Source of the DNA: Escherichia coli
Lineage (GTDB): Bacteria > Pseudomonadota > Gammaproteobacteria > Enterobacterales > Enterobacteriaceae
DNA: 64,000 nucleotides
Reading direction: 5' to 3' (one strand)
Assembly: GCF_003334785.1 (NCBI RefSeq)
Contig: NZ_QOWV01000002.1
The notes under the pieces were generated by a model that saw nothing but the letters and a program-made list of their open reading frames with translations, searched no databases and was not told where the DNA came from. The position numbers were made by a program, and so were the translations under genes. Each line of letters begins with the position of its first letter. Positions within the stretch are counted from its first letter, which is position 1. Below are positions 1 through 11,510 of this stretch, piece by piece.

Positions 1-2600
1 TCAACGTCGGTGCGAAGCTGGTCGTTCTCGGCGGCCCGGCAATGAACATCGGTCTTGGCGGTGGTGCAGCGTCTTCTATGGCGTCTGGTCAGTCTGATGC
101 CGACCTCGACTTTGCTTCCGTACAGCGCGACAACCCGGAGATGGAGCGTCGCTGCCAGGAAGTGATCGACCGTTGCTGGCAGCTTGGTGATGCCAACCCA
201 ATCCTGTTTATCCACGACGTTGGCGCTGGCGGTCTTTCTAACGCCATGCCGGAACTGGTGAGCGACGGCGGGCGCGGCGGTAAATTTGAACTGCGCGAGA
301 TTCTAAGCGACGAACCGGGCATGAGCCCGCTGGAAATCTGGTGTAACGAATCCCAGGAACGCTACGTGCTGGCGGTTGCTGCCGATCAATTACCGCTGTT
401 TGACGAACTGTGTAAGCGTGAGCGCGCACCCTACGCGGTGATTGGTGAAGCGACCGAAGAACTGCATCTTTCTCTGCACGATCGTCATTTTGATAATCAG
501 CCGATCGATCTGCCGCTGGACGTCCTGCTTGGTAAAACGCCGAAGATGACCCGCGATGTACAAACGCTGAAAGCGAAAGGCGACGCGCTGGCCCGTGAAG
601 GGATCACCATTGCAGACGCGGTGAAACGTGTGCTGCATCTGCCGACTGTGGCGGAAAAAACCTTCCTGGTGACCATTGGCGACCGCAGCGTAACCGGCAT
701 GGTAGCGCGCGATCAGATGGTGGGGCCGTGGCAGGTGCCGGTCGCTAACTGCGCGGTCACTACCGCCAGCCTCGACAGCTACTACGGTGAAGCGATGGCG
801 ATTGGCGAGCGTGCGCCGGTTGCGCTGCTGGATTTCGCCGCCTCTGCCCGTCTGGCGGTCGGTGAAGCGTTAACCAACATCGCCGCAACACAAATTGGCG
901 ATATCAAACGCATCAAACTTTCCGCCAACTGGATGGCGGCGGCAGGCCACCCTGGTGAAGATGCGGGCCTGTATGAAGCCGTTAAAGCCGTGGGCGAAGA
1001 GCTTTGTCCGGCGCTGGGCCTGACGATCCCGGTGGGTAAAGACTCCATGTCGATGAAAACCCGCTGGCAGGAAGGTAACGAAGAGCGCGAAATGACGTCG
1101 CCGCTGTCGCTGGTGATTTCTGCATTTGCCCGCGTGGAAGATGTACGTCACACCATCACGCCGCAGCTTTCTACCGAAGATAACGCACTGCTGCTGATTG
1201 ATTTGGGCAAAGGCAATAACGCGCTGGGCGCAACGGCGCTGGCGCAGGTTTATCGTCAGCTTGGCGACAAACCGGCAGATGTACGCGATGTCGCGCAACT
1301 GAAAGGCTTCTATGACGCGATTCAGGCGCTGGTTGCACAGCGTAAGCTGCTGGCGTATCACGACCGCTCTGATGGCGGCCTGCTGGTAACGCTGGCGGAA
1401 ATGGCCTTTGCTGGTCATTGTGGCATTGACGCGGATATCGCCACTCTGGGTGACGATCGCCTGGCGGCGTTGTTTAACGAAGAACTGGGTGCGGTGATTC
1501 AGGTTCGTGCCGCTGACCGTGAAGCGGTCGAGTCCGTACTGGCACTGCATGGGCTTGCTGATTGTGTCCATTATGTAGGGCAGGCGGTTTCCGGTGACCG
1601 TTTTGTGATTACCGCCAACGGGCAGACTGTATTCAGCGAAAGCCGCACCACGTTGCGTGTCTGGTGGGCAGAAACTACCTGGCAGATGCAGCGCCTGCGT
1701 GACAACCCGGAGTGTGCCGATCAGGAGCATCAGGCGAAATCTAACGACGCCGATCCGGGCCTGAATGTAAAACTGTCGTTCGATATCAACGAAGATGTGG
1801 CAGCACCGTATATTGCCACTGGCGCACGTCCGAAAGTTGCCGTACTGCGTGAGCAGGGCGTGAACTCGCATGTTGAAATGGCGGCAGCTTTCCACCGTGC
1901 AGGCTTTGATGCTATCGACGTGCATATGAGTGACCTGCTGACCGGACGCACGGGCCTGGAAGATTTCCACGCCCTGGTCGCGTGCGGTGGTTTCTCCTAC
2001 GGTGATGTGCTGGGTGCCGGTGAAGGTTGGGCGAAGTCAATCCTGTTCAATGACCGTGTACGCGATGAGTTTGCAACCTTCTTCCACCGTCCGCAAACGC
2101 TGGCGCTGGGGGTATGTAACGGTTGCCAGATGATGTCTAATCTGCGTGAACTGATCCCAGGTAGTGAGTTGTGGCCACGTTTTGTGCGCAATACCTCCGA
2201 TCGCTTTGAAGCGCGTTTCAGCCTGGTTGAAGTAACCCAAAGCCCGTCTCTGCTGTTGCAGGGGATGGTGGGCTCGCAAATGCCGATTGCTGTCTCTCAT
2301 GGTGAAGGGCGCGTGGAAGTGCGTGATGCGGCGCATCTGGCGGCACTGGAAAGCAAAGGGCTGGTGGCACTGCGCTATGTCGATAACTTCGGCAAAGTCA
2401 CTGAAACCTACCCGGCTAACCCGAACGGTTCACCGAACGGTATTACGGCAGTCACGACTGAAAGTGGTCGAGTCACCATTATGATGCCGCACCCGGAACG
2501 TGTTTTCCGTACTGTCAGCAACTCCTGGCATCCGGAAAACTGGGGCGAGGATGGCCCATGGATGCGCATTTTCCGCAATGCGCGTAAGCAGTTGGGGTAA
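1..2600 (+). CDS. purL: Phosphoribosylformylglycinamidine synthase, C-terminal ~852 aa (5' end lies upstream of the window)
   Basis: ORF 42..2600 translation recognised as the PurL glutamine amidotransferase/AIRS-like C-terminal region; reading frame stays open to the window edge. Confidence 0.95.
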   Translation, partial: NVGAKLVVLGGPAMNIGLGGGAASSMASGQSDADLDFASVQRDNPEMERRCQEVIDRCWQLGDANPILFIHDVGAGGLSNAMPELVSDGGRGGKFELREILSDEPGMSPLEIWCNESQERYVLAVAADQLPLFDELCKRERAPYAVIGEATEELHLSLHDRHFDNQPIDLPLDVLLGKTPKMTRDVQTLKAKGDALAREGITIADAVKRVLHLPTVAEKTFLVTIGDRSVTGMVARDQMVGPWQVPVANCAVTTASLDSYYGEAMAIGERAPVALLDFAASARLAVGEALTNIAATQIGDIKRIKLSANWMAAAGHPGEDAGLYEAVKAVGEELCPALGLTIPVGKDSMSMKTRWQEGNEEREMTSPLSLVISAFARVEDVRHTITPQLSTEDNALLLIDLGKGNNALGATALAQVYRQLGDKPADVRDVAQLKGFYDAIQALVAQRKLLAYHDRSDGGLLVTLAEMAFAGHCGIDADIATLGDDRLAALFNEELGAVIQVRAADREAVESVLALHGLADCVHYVGQAVSGDRFVITANGQTVFSESRTTLRVWWAETTWQMQRLRDNPECADQEHQAKSNDADPGLNVKLSFDINEDVAAPYIATGARPKVAVLREQGVNSHVEMAAAFHRAGFDAIDVHMSDLLTGRTGLEDFHALVACGGFSYGDVLGAGEGWAKSILFNDRVRDEFATFFHRPQTLALGVCNGCQMMSNLRELIPGSELWPRFVRNTSDRFEARFSLVEVTQSPSLLLQGMVGSQMPIAVSHGEGRVEVRDAAHLAALESKGLVALRYVDNFGKVTETYPANPNGSPNGITAVTTESGRVTIMMPHPERVFRTVSNSWHPENWGEDGPWMRIFRNARKQLG

Positions 2601-2659
2601 GTCGTCAGCCCATTGGTTTTGCAGCCCGGATGCGGCATTAAGCACCAACCACTATCATA

Positions 2660-2684
2660 AGCTCCCAACTCCGGGAGCTTTTTT
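2660..2684 (+). terminator. Rho-independent terminator after purL
   Basis: Stem agctccc / gggagct with 6-nt loop followed by TTTTTT, 60 nt after the purL stop. Confidence 0.6.
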
Positions 2685-2685
2685 G

Positions 2686-2799
2686 TGTCTGTAAATCACG
2701 ACAATGGGTGGTTTGCCGTGTCGCTTTCTGGCGACACTTAACTCATTGATTTTAATATTATCTAATAAGTTTATCTTAAGTTGTCTCTTTTTAGCGACA
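2686..2799. promoter_or_regulatory. Three TGTC-N10-GACA sites (2686-2703, 2719-2736, 2782-2799) matching GlrR (NtrC-family) activator binding sites
   Basis: Three exact TGTC-N10-GACA inverted repeats read from the sequence, phased about 3 and 6 helical turns apart, 90-200 bp upstream of a sigma54-type promoter; matches the published glmY upstream architecture. Confidence 0.7.
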
Positions 2800-2888
2800 C
2801 AGTGGCTGATTTACATTCAAACAGCGGAGGAGACATAAACCCCTCAAAGCAACGTATAATCAGTACGTTACCAAACTATTTTCTTTAT

Positions 2889-2908
2889 TGGCACAGTTAC
2901 TGCATAAT
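2889..2908 (+). promoter_or_regulatory. sigma54 promoter (-24 TGGCAC, -12 cTGCA) overlapping a sigma70-like -10 (CATAAT)
   Basis: TGGCAC-N5-CTGCA at 2889-2904 with GG/GC spacing typical of RpoN promoters; CATAAT at 2903-2908. Confidence 0.7.
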
Positions 2909-2915
2909 AGTAACC

Positions 2916-3100
2916 AGTGGCTCATTCACCGACTTATGTCAGCCCCTTCGGGACGTGCTACATAAAATACGAATGACGCACAACAAGGTGCCTGCCGTCC
3001 AACTTCTGATATCAGCGTAGCTATATCAACCATCGGGCGAAACGTCGAGTTAGGCACCGCCTTATTCCATAACAAAGCCGGGTAATTCCCGGCTTTGTTG
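2916..3100 (+). ncRNA. glmY: GlmY small RNA (formerly tke1/sroF), regulator of glmS via GlmZ
   Basis: Location between purL and glrK; transcript predicted from sigma54 promoter to hairpin aaagccggg/cccggcttt (3075-3097) plus U-rich tail; about 185 nt, consistent with known GlmY; ends not mapped. Confidence 0.75.
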
Positions 3101-3157
3101 TATCTGAACTTCCCCTCGGTTAGCATCAGGCTATTCGCGTCTGACGAGAGTAACACC

Positions 3158-4585
3158 TTGAAACGCTGGCCCGTTTTTCCCCGCTCATTACGACAACTGG
3201 TAATGCTGGCATTTTTGCTGATTCTGCTGCCCCTGTTGGTGCTGGCATGGCAAGCCTGGCAAAGCCTGAATGCGCTTAGCGATCAGGCGGCGCTGGTTAA
3301 CCGCACTACGCTTATTGATGCCCGGCGCAGTGAAGCGATGACCAACGCGGCGCTGGAGATGGAGCGTAGTTACCGTCAGTATTGCGTGCTGGACGACCCA
3401 ACCCTGGCGAAGGTTTATCAAAGCCAGCGCAAGCGTTACAGCGAAATGCTCGATGCCCACGCAGGCGTGCTGCCGGACGATAAACTCTACCAGGCATTAC
3501 GTCAGGATTTGCACAATCTGGCTCAACTTCAGTGTAACAACAGCGGTCCCGATGCTGCCGCCGCCGCACGTCTTGAAGCCTTTGCCAGTGCCAATACCGA
3601 AATGGTACAGGCCACGCGCACAGTGGTGTTCTCTCGTGGGCAGCAGCTTCAGCGTGAAATCGCCGAACGTGGGCAATATTTTGGTTGGCAATCGCTGGTG
3701 CTATTTCTGGTGAGTCTGGTAATGGTACTGCTTTTCACGCGGATGATTATCGGGCCGGTGAAAAATATCGAGCGCATGATCAACCGTCTGGGGGAAGGGC
3801 GTTCTCTGGGCAATAGCGTCTCGTTCAATGGACCGAGCGAGTTACGCTCGGTTGGGCAACGTATTCTTTGGTTAAGTGAGCGCCTGTCATGGCTGGAATC
3901 CCAACGCCATCAATTTTTAAGACATTTATCTCATGAATTAAAAACGCCACTGGCGAGTATGCGCGAGGGCACTGAATTACTGGCTGACCAGGTTGTCGGG
4001 CCGCTTACGCCAGAGCAAAAAGAGGTGGTGAGCATTCTTGATAGCAGCAGCCGCAATTTGCAAAAACTGATCGAACAACTGCTTGATTACAACCGTAAAC
4101 AGGCGGACAGTGCGGTGGAACTGGAGAATGTTGAGTTAGCACCGCTGGTGGAGACAGTGGTTTCTGCTCATAGCCTGCCCGCACGGGCTAAAATGATGCA
4201 TACCGACGTCGATCTCAAAGCAACAGCTTGCCTGGCGGAGCCAATGCTGCTGATGAGCGTACTGGATAATCTTTACTCCAATGCGGTGCACTACGGGGCT
4301 GAATCCGGTAACATTTGCCTTCGCAGCAGTTTACATGGTGCGCGGGTTTATATTGATGTCATCAATACAGGCACGCCCATTCCGCAAGAGGAACGCGCCA
4401 TGATCTTCGAACCCTTTTTTCAGGGAAGCCACCAGCGAAAAGGGGCGGTGAAGGGCAGCGGTCTGGGATTAAGCATTGCCAGGGATTGTATTCGCCGTAT
4501 GCAAGGGGAACTGTATCTGGTCGACGAGAGCGGGCAAGACGTTTGTTTCCGCATTGAATTACCGTCGTCGAAAAACACGAAATAA
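3158..4585 (+). CDS. glrK: Sensor histidine kinase GlrK (two-component system GlrK/GlrR)
   Basis: ORF 3095..4585; HisKA/HATPase motifs (HELKTPL, GSGLGL); start set at in-frame TTG 3158 to give the 475 aa I recall; ATG 3095 is an alternative that would overlap the glmY terminator. Confidence 0.85.
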   Translation: MKRWPVFPRSLRQLVMLAFLLILLPLLVLAWQAWQSLNALSDQAALVNRTTLIDARRSEAMTNAALEMERSYRQYCVLDDPTLAKVYQSQRKRYSEMLDAHAGVLPDDKLYQALRQDLHNLAQLQCNNSGPDAAAAARLEAFASANTEMVQATRTVVFSRGQQLQREIAERGQYFGWQSLVLFLVSLVMVLLFTRMIIGPVKNIERMINRLGEGRSLGNSVSFNGPSELRSVGQRILWLSERLSWLESQRHQFLRHLSHELKTPLASMREGTELLADQVVGPLTPEQKEVVSILDSSSRNLQKLIEQLLDYNRKQADSAVELENVELAPLVETVVSAHSLPARAKMMHTDVDLKATACLAEPMLLMSVLDNLYSNAVHYGAESGNICLRSSLHGARVYIDVINTGTPIPQEERAMIFEPFFQGSHQRKGAVKGSGLGLSIARDCIRRMQGELYLVDESGQDVCFRIELPSSKNTK

Positions 4586-4749
4586 TGCTAACAGCCTATC
4601 CTATCAGGCTATTTTATTTGTCAGTTCGGCCCCGGGCAGTGCTCGAAATCTTCACGTACGATATGTACGCTCCGGTTTCTCCGCGCTGTCCATGTCCAGA
4701 CTGTCTGCAACAATTACGCCCACTGGGATAGGCTTTAAGTCTGGTGAAT

Positions 4750-5463
4750 ATGCGACACATTTTTCAACGATTATTGCCCCGACGGCTGTGGCTGGCAGGG
4801 CTGCCATGTCTGGCATTGCTGGGTTGCGTGCAGAATCACAATAAGCCAGCCATTGATACGCCAGCAGAAGAAAAAATTCCGGTTTATCAACTGGCTGACT
4901 ATCTTTCTACTGAATGTAGCGACATCTGGGCGCTGCAAGGTAAATCAACCGAAACCAATCCGCTTTACTGGCTGCGGGCGATGGATTGTGCTGATCGTTT
5001 AATGCCTGCGCAGTCGCGTCAGCAAGCTCGCCAATATGACGACGGCAGCTGGCAAAATACCTTTAAACAAGGGATTTTGCTCGCCGACGCCAAAATTACG
5101 CCGTATGAGCGCCGCCAGCTGGTCGCGCGTATTGAAGCGTTAAGTACCGAGATCCCGGCACAGGTTCGCCCACTGTATCAACTCTGGCGCGATGGTCAGG
5201 CGCTGCAACTGCAACTGGCGGAAGAGCGCCAACGTTACAGTAAACTCCAGCAGTCCAGCGACAGCGAGCTGGATACATTGCGCCAGCAACATCACGTTCT
5301 ACAGCAGCAACTGGAACTCACCACCCGCAAGCTGGAAAACCTGACCGATATTGAACGCCAGCTCTCGACCCGCAAACCGGCTGGAAATTTCTCGCCGGAT
5401 ACGCCGCACGAGAGTGAAAAGCCCGCGCCATCCACCCATGAGGTCACTCCTGATGAGCCATAA
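4750..5463 (+). CDS. qseG: Outer-membrane lipoprotein QseG (YfhG)
   Basis: ORF 4744..5463; signal peptide with lipobox LLGC, Gln-rich coiled-coil C-terminus; sits between glrK and glrR; start trimmed to second ATG. Confidence 0.85.
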   Translation: MRHIFQRLLPRRLWLAGLPCLALLGCVQNHNKPAIDTPAEEKIPVYQLADYLSTECSDIWALQGKSTETNPLYWLRAMDCADRLMPAQSRQQARQYDDGSWQNTFKQGILLADAKITPYERRQLVARIEALSTEIPAQVRPLYQLWRDGQALQLQLAEERQRYSKLQQSSDSELDTLRQQHHVLQQQLELTTRKLENLTDIERQLSTRKPAGNFSPDTPHESEKPAPSTHEVTPDEP

Positions 5464-6787
5464 ACCTGCGCATTTATTATTGGTCGATGACGATCCGGGA
5501 TTGCTGAAACTGCTTGGCCTGCGCCTGACCAGCGAAGGCTACAGTGTGGTCACGGCGGAAAGTGGCGCTGAAGGATTACGGGTACTGAATCGCGAAAAAG
5601 TAGATTTAGTCATCAGCGACCTGCGGATGGATGAAATGGACGGTATGCAGCTGTTTGCTGAAATCCAGAAAGTGCAGCCGGGAATGCCGGTAATTATTCT
5701 TACCGCGCATGGTTCTATTCCCGATGCCGTTGCTGCAACACAGCAGGGCGTTTTTAGTTTCCTCACCAAGCCTGTCGACAAAGACGCGCTATATCAGGCA
5801 ATTGACGATGCGCTGGAGCAATCCGCGCCAGCCACCGATGAACGCTGGCGCGAGGCAATTGTCACCCGCAGCCCGCTGATGCTGCGTTTGCTGGAACAGG
5901 CGCGGCTGGTGGCGCAATCAGACGTCAGCGTTTTGATTAACGGTCAGAGCGGCACCGGGAAAGAGATTTTCGCCCAGGCTATCCACAACGCCAGCCCGCG
6001 CAACAGCAAACCATTTATTGCTATTAACTGTGGCGCATTGCCCGAGCAATTGCTGGAGTCGGAGCTGTTTGGTCATGCGCGTGGCGCGTTTACTGGCGCT
6101 GTCAGCAATCGCGAAGGTTTATTCCAGGCGGCGGAAGGCGGAACGCTATTTCTCGATGAAATTGGCGATATGCCTGCGCCGTTACAGGTCAAACTGCTGC
6201 GCGTGTTGCAGGAGCGTAAAGTGCGCCCGCTGGGCAGTAACCGCGATATTGATATCAATGTGCGGATTATTTCTGCCACTCACCGTGATCTGCCAAAAGC
6301 GATGGCGCGCGGGGAATTCCGCGAAGATCTCTATTACCGCCTCAACGTTGTCAGCCTGAAAATTCCGGCACTGGCGGAGCGCACAGAAGACATTCCGCTA
6401 CTGGCAAATCACCTGTTGCGCCAGGCGGCAGAGCGACATAAACCGTTTGTCCGCGCGTTCTCTACCGATGCGATGAAACGCCTGATGACCGCGAGCTGGC
6501 CGGGTAATGTGCGCCAGTTGGTCAACGTGATTGAACAGTGCGTGGCGCTGACCTCATCTCCGGTGATTAGTGATGCGCTGGTGGAGCAGGCGCTGGAGGG
6601 TGAAAATACGGCGCTGCCAACCTTTGTTGAGGCACGTAATCAGTTTGAACTCAACTATTTGCGTAAGCTGCTGCAAATCACCAAAGGCAACGTCACCCAC
6701 GCGGCGAGAATGGCGGGGCGCAACCGGACAGAATTTTATAAACTGCTTTCCCGACACGAGCTGGATGCAAACGATTTCAAGGAATGA
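5453..6787 (+). CDS. glrR: sigma54-dependent response regulator GlrR (YfhA)
   Basis: ORF 5351..6787; receiver domain, AAA+ sigma54-interaction motifs (GESGTGKE, GAFTGA) and C-terminal HTH; start at ATG 5453 (444 aa) overlapping the qseG stop by 11 nt. Confidence 0.9.
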   Translation: MSHKPAHLLLVDDDPGLLKLLGLRLTSEGYSVVTAESGAEGLRVLNREKVDLVISDLRMDEMDGMQLFAEIQKVQPGMPVIILTAHGSIPDAVAATQQGVFSFLTKPVDKDALYQAIDDALEQSAPATDERWREAIVTRSPLMLRLLEQARLVAQSDVSVLINGQSGTGKEIFAQAIHNASPRNSKPFIAINCGALPEQLLESELFGHARGAFTGAVSNREGLFQAAEGGTLFLDEIGDMPAPLQVKLLRVLQERKVRPLGSNRDIDINVRIISATHRDLPKAMARGEFREDLYYRLNVVSLKIPALAERTEDIPLLANHLLRQAAERHKPFVRAFSTDAMKRLMTASWPGNVRQLVNVIEQCVALTSSPVISDALVEQALEGENTALPTFVEARNQFELNYLRKLLQITKGNVTHAARMAGRNRTEFYKLLSRHELDANDFKE

Positions 6788-6811
6788 ATTGGCGTTATGT
6801 GTTACGTTTAG

Positions 6812-7186
<375 letters not shown>

Positions 7187-7198
7187 ACCGCGTCAAGG

Positions 7199-7222
7199 GT
7201 TGCCGGATGTTTCCATCCGGCA
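7199..7222. terminator. Bidirectional hairpin terminator between convergent glnB and hmp
   Basis: Perfect 10-bp stem ttgccggatg / catccggcaa with 4-nt loop between the two stop codons. Confidence 0.55.
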
Positions 7223-7230
7223 ACATCAAA

Positions 7231-8421
7231 TTACAGCACCTTATGCGGGCCAAAGCATTCGTAATGAATGTTTTCCTGCTTCACGCCCAGATCCACTAAC
7301 TGTTTCGCGGTAAACTGCATGAAGCCAACCGGGCCGCAGAGATAGAACTGCATTGTCGGATCGCTGAACGCACCTTCCAGTTTGCTCAAATCCATCAGAC
7401 CTTCGCTATCAAACTGACCTTTAGCGCGATCGGCTTCGCTCGGCTGACGATACCAGGTGTGCGCGGTAAAGCGCGGCAGTGACTGCCCCAGTTCCTTAAC
7501 TTCATCGGCAAAGGCGTGAACATCGCCATTTTCTGCCGCATGGAACCAGTTCACTTGTGCTGTGTGGCCTGCTTTTGCCAGCGTGTCGAGCATTGCCAGC
7601 ATTGGCGTTTGACCAACACCGGCAGAGATTAACGTCACTGGTGTGTCATCTGCGACAGCCATAAAGAAATCACCTGCCGGAGCGACCAGTTTCACGACAT
7701 CGCCAACATTGGCGTGATTGTGCAACCAGTTGGATACCTGCCCACCCTCTTCGCGTTTCACCGCAATACGATAGCCTTTGCCATCCGGTTTGCGAGTCAA
7801 AGAGTACTGACGAATTTCCTGATGTGGGAAACCTTCCGGCTTCAGCCAGACGCCGAGATATTGCCCCGGACGGTATTCTGCCACTGCGCCACCGTCGACC
7901 GGCTCCAGTTCGAAGCTGGTGATAAGCGCGCTGCGCGGTGTTTTAGCCACAATGCGGAAATCGCGAGTACCTTCCCAACCACCGGCTTTGCTGGCGTTTT
8001 CGTTATAGATTTCCGCCTCGCGATTGATAAATACATTAGCCAGTACACCATAGGCTTTACCCCACGCGTCCAGCACTTCCTGCCCCGGGCTGAACATTTC
8101 GTCCAGCGTTGCCAACAGGTGTTCACCGACGATGTTGTACTGTTCCGGTTTGATCTGGAAGCTGGTGTGCTTCTGCGCGATTTTTTCTACCGCTGGCAGC
8201 AGCGCAGGCAGGTTTTCAATATTACTGGCGTAGGCGGCAATAGCGTTAAACAGGGCTTCACGTTGATCGCCATTACGCTGGTTACTCATGTTAAAAATTT
8301 CTTTGAGTTCTGGGTTATGAGTAAACATACGGTCGTAGAAATGGGCGGTTAACTTTGGCCCCGTTTCCACCAGTAAAGGGATGGTGGCTTTTACTGTAGC
8401 GATGGTTTGAGCGTCAAGCAT
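7231..8421 (-). CDS. hmp: Flavohemoglobin (nitric oxide dioxygenase)
   Basis: ORF 7231..8442 (-); globin N-terminus [17 protein letters not shown] reductase C-terminus; start trimmed to give 396 aa. Confidence 0.95.
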
Positions 8422-8438
8422 ATGGTCTTCCTTTTTTT

Positions 8439-8470
8439 GCATCTTAATTGATGTATCTCAAATGCATCTT
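8439..8470 (-). promoter_or_regulatory. NsrR-type operator (AAGATGCATTT-n-AAATRCATCTT-like inverted repeat) in the hmp promoter
   Basis: Inverted repeat gatgtatctcaaatgcatctt plus an adjacent aagatgc half-site, 20-50 bp upstream of the hmp start. Confidence 0.6.
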
Positions 8471-8748
8471 ATAAAAAATAGCCCTGCAATGTAAATGGTT
8501 CTTTGGTGTTTTTCAGAAAGAATGTGATGAAGTGAAAAATTTGCATCACAAACCTGAAAAGAAATCCGTTTCCGGTTGCAAGTTCTTTATTCTCCAAAGC
8601 CTTGCGTAGCCTGAAGGTAATCGTTTGCGTAAATTCCTTTGTCAAGACCTGTTATCGCACAATGATTCGGTTATACTGTTCGCCGTTGTCCAACAGGACC
8701 GCCTATAAAGGCCAAAAATTTTATTGTTAGCTGAGTCAGGAGATGCGG

Positions 8749-10002
8749 ATGTTAAAGCGTGAAATGAACATTGCCGATTATGATGCCGAACTGTGGCAGG
8801 CTATGGAGCAGGAAAAAGTACGTCAGGAAGAGCACATCGAACTGATCGCCTCCGAAAACTACACCAGCCCGCGCGTAATGCAGGCGCAGGGTTCTCAGCT
8901 GACCAACAAATATGCTGAAGGTTATCCGGGCAAACGCTACTACGGCGGTTGCGAGTATGTTGATATCGTTGAACAACTGGCGATCGATCGTGCGAAAGAA
9001 CTGTTCGGCGCTGACTACGCTAACGTCCAGCCGCACTCCGGCTCCCAGGCTAACTTTGCGGTCTACACCGCGCTGCTGGAACCAGGTGATACCGTTCTGG
9101 GTATGAACCTGGCGCATGGCGGTCACCTGACTCACGGTTCTCCGGTTAACTTCTCCGGTAAACTGTACAACATCGTTCCTTACGGTATCGATGCTACCGG
9201 TCATATCGACTACGCCGATCTGGAAAAACAAGCCAAAGAACACAAGCCGAAAATGATTATCGGTGGTTTCTCTGCATATTCCGGCGTGGTGGACTGGGCG
9301 AAAATGCGTGAAATCGCTGACAGCATCGGTGCTTACCTGTTCGTTGATATGGCGCACGTTGCGGGCCTGGTTGCTGCTGGCGTCTACCCGAACCCGGTTC
9401 CTCATGCTCACGTTGTTACTACCACCACTCACAAAACCCTGGCGGGTCCGCGCGGCGGCCTGATCCTGGCGAAAGGTGGTAGCGAAGAGCTGTACAAAAA
9501 ACTGAACTCTGCCGTTTTCCCTGGTGGTCAGGGCGGTCCGTTGATGCACGTAATCGCCGGTAAAGCGGTTGCTCTGAAAGAAGCGATGGAGCCTGAGTTC
9601 AAAACTTACCAGCAGCAGGTCGCTAAAAACGCTAAAGCGATGGTAGAAGTGTTCCTCGAGCGCGGCTACAAAGTGGTTTCCGGCGGCACTGATAACCACC
9701 TGTTCCTGGTTGATCTGGTTGATAAAAACCTGACCGGTAAAGAAGCAGACGCCGCTCTGGGCCGTGCTAACATCACCGTCAACAAAAACAGCGTACCGAA
9801 CGATCCGAAGAGCCCGTTTGTGACCTCCGGTATTCGTGTAGGTACTCCGGCGATTACCCGTCGCGGCTTTAAAGAAGCCGAAGCGAAAGAACTGGCTGGC
9901 TGGATGTGTGACGTGCTGGACAGCATCAATGATGAAGCCGTTATCGAGCGCATCAAAGGTAAAGTTCTCGACATCTGCGCACGTTACCCGGTTTACGCAT
10001 AA
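8749..10002 (+). CDS. glyA: Serine hydroxymethyltransferase
   Basis: ORF 8743..10002; PLP-lysine motif [14 protein letters not shown]; start at MLKREMN giving 417 aa. Confidence 0.97.
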
Positions 10003-10041
10003 GCGAAACGGTGATTTGCTGTCAATGTGCTCGTTGTTCAT

Positions 10042-10139
10042 GCCGGATGCGGCGTGAACGCCTTATCCGGCCTACAAAACTTTGCAAATTCAATATATTG
10101 CAATCTCCGTGTAGGCCTGATAAGCGTAGCGCATCAGGC
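10042..10139. repeat. REP pair (inverted REP units) downstream of glyA
   Basis: gccggatgcggcgtgaacgccttatccggcctac and inverted gtaggcctgataagcgtagcgcatcaggc, the canonical E. coli REP family. Confidence 0.85.
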
Positions 10140-10199
10140 AATTTTTCGTTTATGATCATCAAGGCTTCCTTCGGGAAGCCTTTCTACGTTATCGCGCCA

Positions 10200-11393
10200 T
10201 CAAATCTGTCGTAACTGCGCCTCAACATACAAATAGCCAATTCCCAGCACCTGTTGTGCGCGGCTTAATTGCCCAAAGCCAATTTGCGTCGCTTTCACGC
10301 TCGGTCCTTCGTCGCGGTCGAACGGGTTAAATCCTGTCTGGCGAATAATAGTATTAAGCCAGTTCTCACCAAAGGCACAACTGCGACCGTACAACCAAAT
10401 CTGATTAATATTGAGGATGTTGAGGAAGTTATACAGACTCAAACCAATGGCATTGGCAGAGCGATCAACCCAGCTGGTGATCCACGGTTCTCCACTTTGC
10501 CAGGCAGCGATTAACTGCGCTGTAGTCAGTTTTTCAGGATCAAGTTGAGTACTAACCGGTTGTGATTTTAGCCATACCCGCGCCTGTTTTTTTAATGCGC
10601 TTAACGAGGCGACGGTTTCCAGGCAGCCATAACGTCCACAGTCGCAGACGACGCCATCCGGATTAACGATGGTGTGACCAATCTGTCCGCTACCATACAA
10701 ACTGCCGCGATAAATTTGCTCGTTAATCACGAACGACGAGCCAATGCCGTAATCAACGTTGATCACGCAGAAATCCCGTTCCTGCGAATTATTTTGCCAT
10801 TTCTCCGCCAGCGCCAGCATCACGCAGTCATTATCGACCATCACCCGAATGCCGAGCTTCTCTTCCAGCAGATATTTCACCTCCACCGGCGTTGTCCACG
10901 GCGCTTGCGGCATGGTTTGCGACACGCCGGTCACAGGATCAACCTGACCGTGGATTGCCAACGCCAGGTTGATGGTATGGTCCGGCCACAATTTACGGTG
11001 GCGATGCCAGCATTTTTCGATTTCGGACAGCAGCGCCTGCGGCGTCGGTGCATCAATCTGTAAATACTCAAATTCACCTTTCGGACTTAAACAAGCATTA
11101 GCAACCTGACACTCAATACTGGTGGGCGTCACGTTCAGGCACAGCGTCCAGTCACCTTCCGGCGCAATCAGCCATGTACCGCTACTATGCCCGCGCGTCT
11201 GGCTTTCATCGTCAATATTCACCACCCGTTTTTCGCTTTCCAGTTCCTGCAAAATATTACTGACTGCCGGAATCGAAATTTGCGCCAGCCGGGCCAGCGT
11301 TGATTTATTGGCGCGCTTTTGCCGGTACAGCAGTTCCAGAATCACGCATTTGTTATGGTGGCGAATCTGTTGATTATTAATGCAGGCTCTCAT
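10200..11393 (-). CDS. yphH: ROK/NagC-family transcriptional regulator
   Basis: ORF 10200..11399 (-); N-terminal HTH, ROK sugar-kinase-like fold with CxCGxxGC zinc motif; divergent from yphG. Confidence 0.85.
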   Translation of the reverse strand: MRACINNQQIRHHNKCVILELLYRQKRANKSTLARLAQISIPAVSNILQELESEKRVVNIDDESQTRGHSSGTWLIAPEGDWTLCLNVTPTSIECQVANACLSPKGEFEYLQIDAPTPQALLSEIEKCWHRHRKLWPDHTINLALAIHGQVDPVTGVSQTMPQAPWTTPVEVKYLLEEKLGIRVMVDNDCVMLALAEKWQNNSQERDFCVINVDYGIGSSFVINEQIYRGSLYGSGQIGHTIVNPDGVVCDCGRYGCLETVASLSALKKQARVWLKSQPVSTQLDPEKLTTAQLIAAWQSGEPWITSWVDRSANAIGLSLYNFLNILNINQIWLYGRSCAFGENWLNTIIRQTGFNPFDRDEGPSVKATQIGFGQLSRAQQVLGIGYLYVEAQLRQI

Positions 11394-11510
11394 CTTCACT
11401 AAACCTTGTTTAGTTAATTGCGTGATTATTCCGCGAAAACATTGCCAGATTGTTCAATACACTGCCACAAATCTTTTAATTCAGTATGTCTTGTTAATAT
11501 TGAGGGCACC

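Noticed and set aside
870-1970. 366-aa minus-strand ORF inside purL
   Set aside because: Entirely antisense to the well-conserved purL frame, with Arg/Cys-rich composition typical of GC-rich antisense frames and no SD.
8660-8748. Precise glyA sigma70 promoter hexamers
   Set aside because: Candidate TTGTCC and TATAAA hexamers are at non-canonical spacing; I could not place -35/-10 confidently without a mapped transcription start, so no promoter feature is reported.
8752-10041. 429-aa minus-strand ORF spanning glyA
   Set aside because: Antisense shadow ORF of glyA; glyA is highly expressed and conserved and the antisense frame lacks start-site signals.
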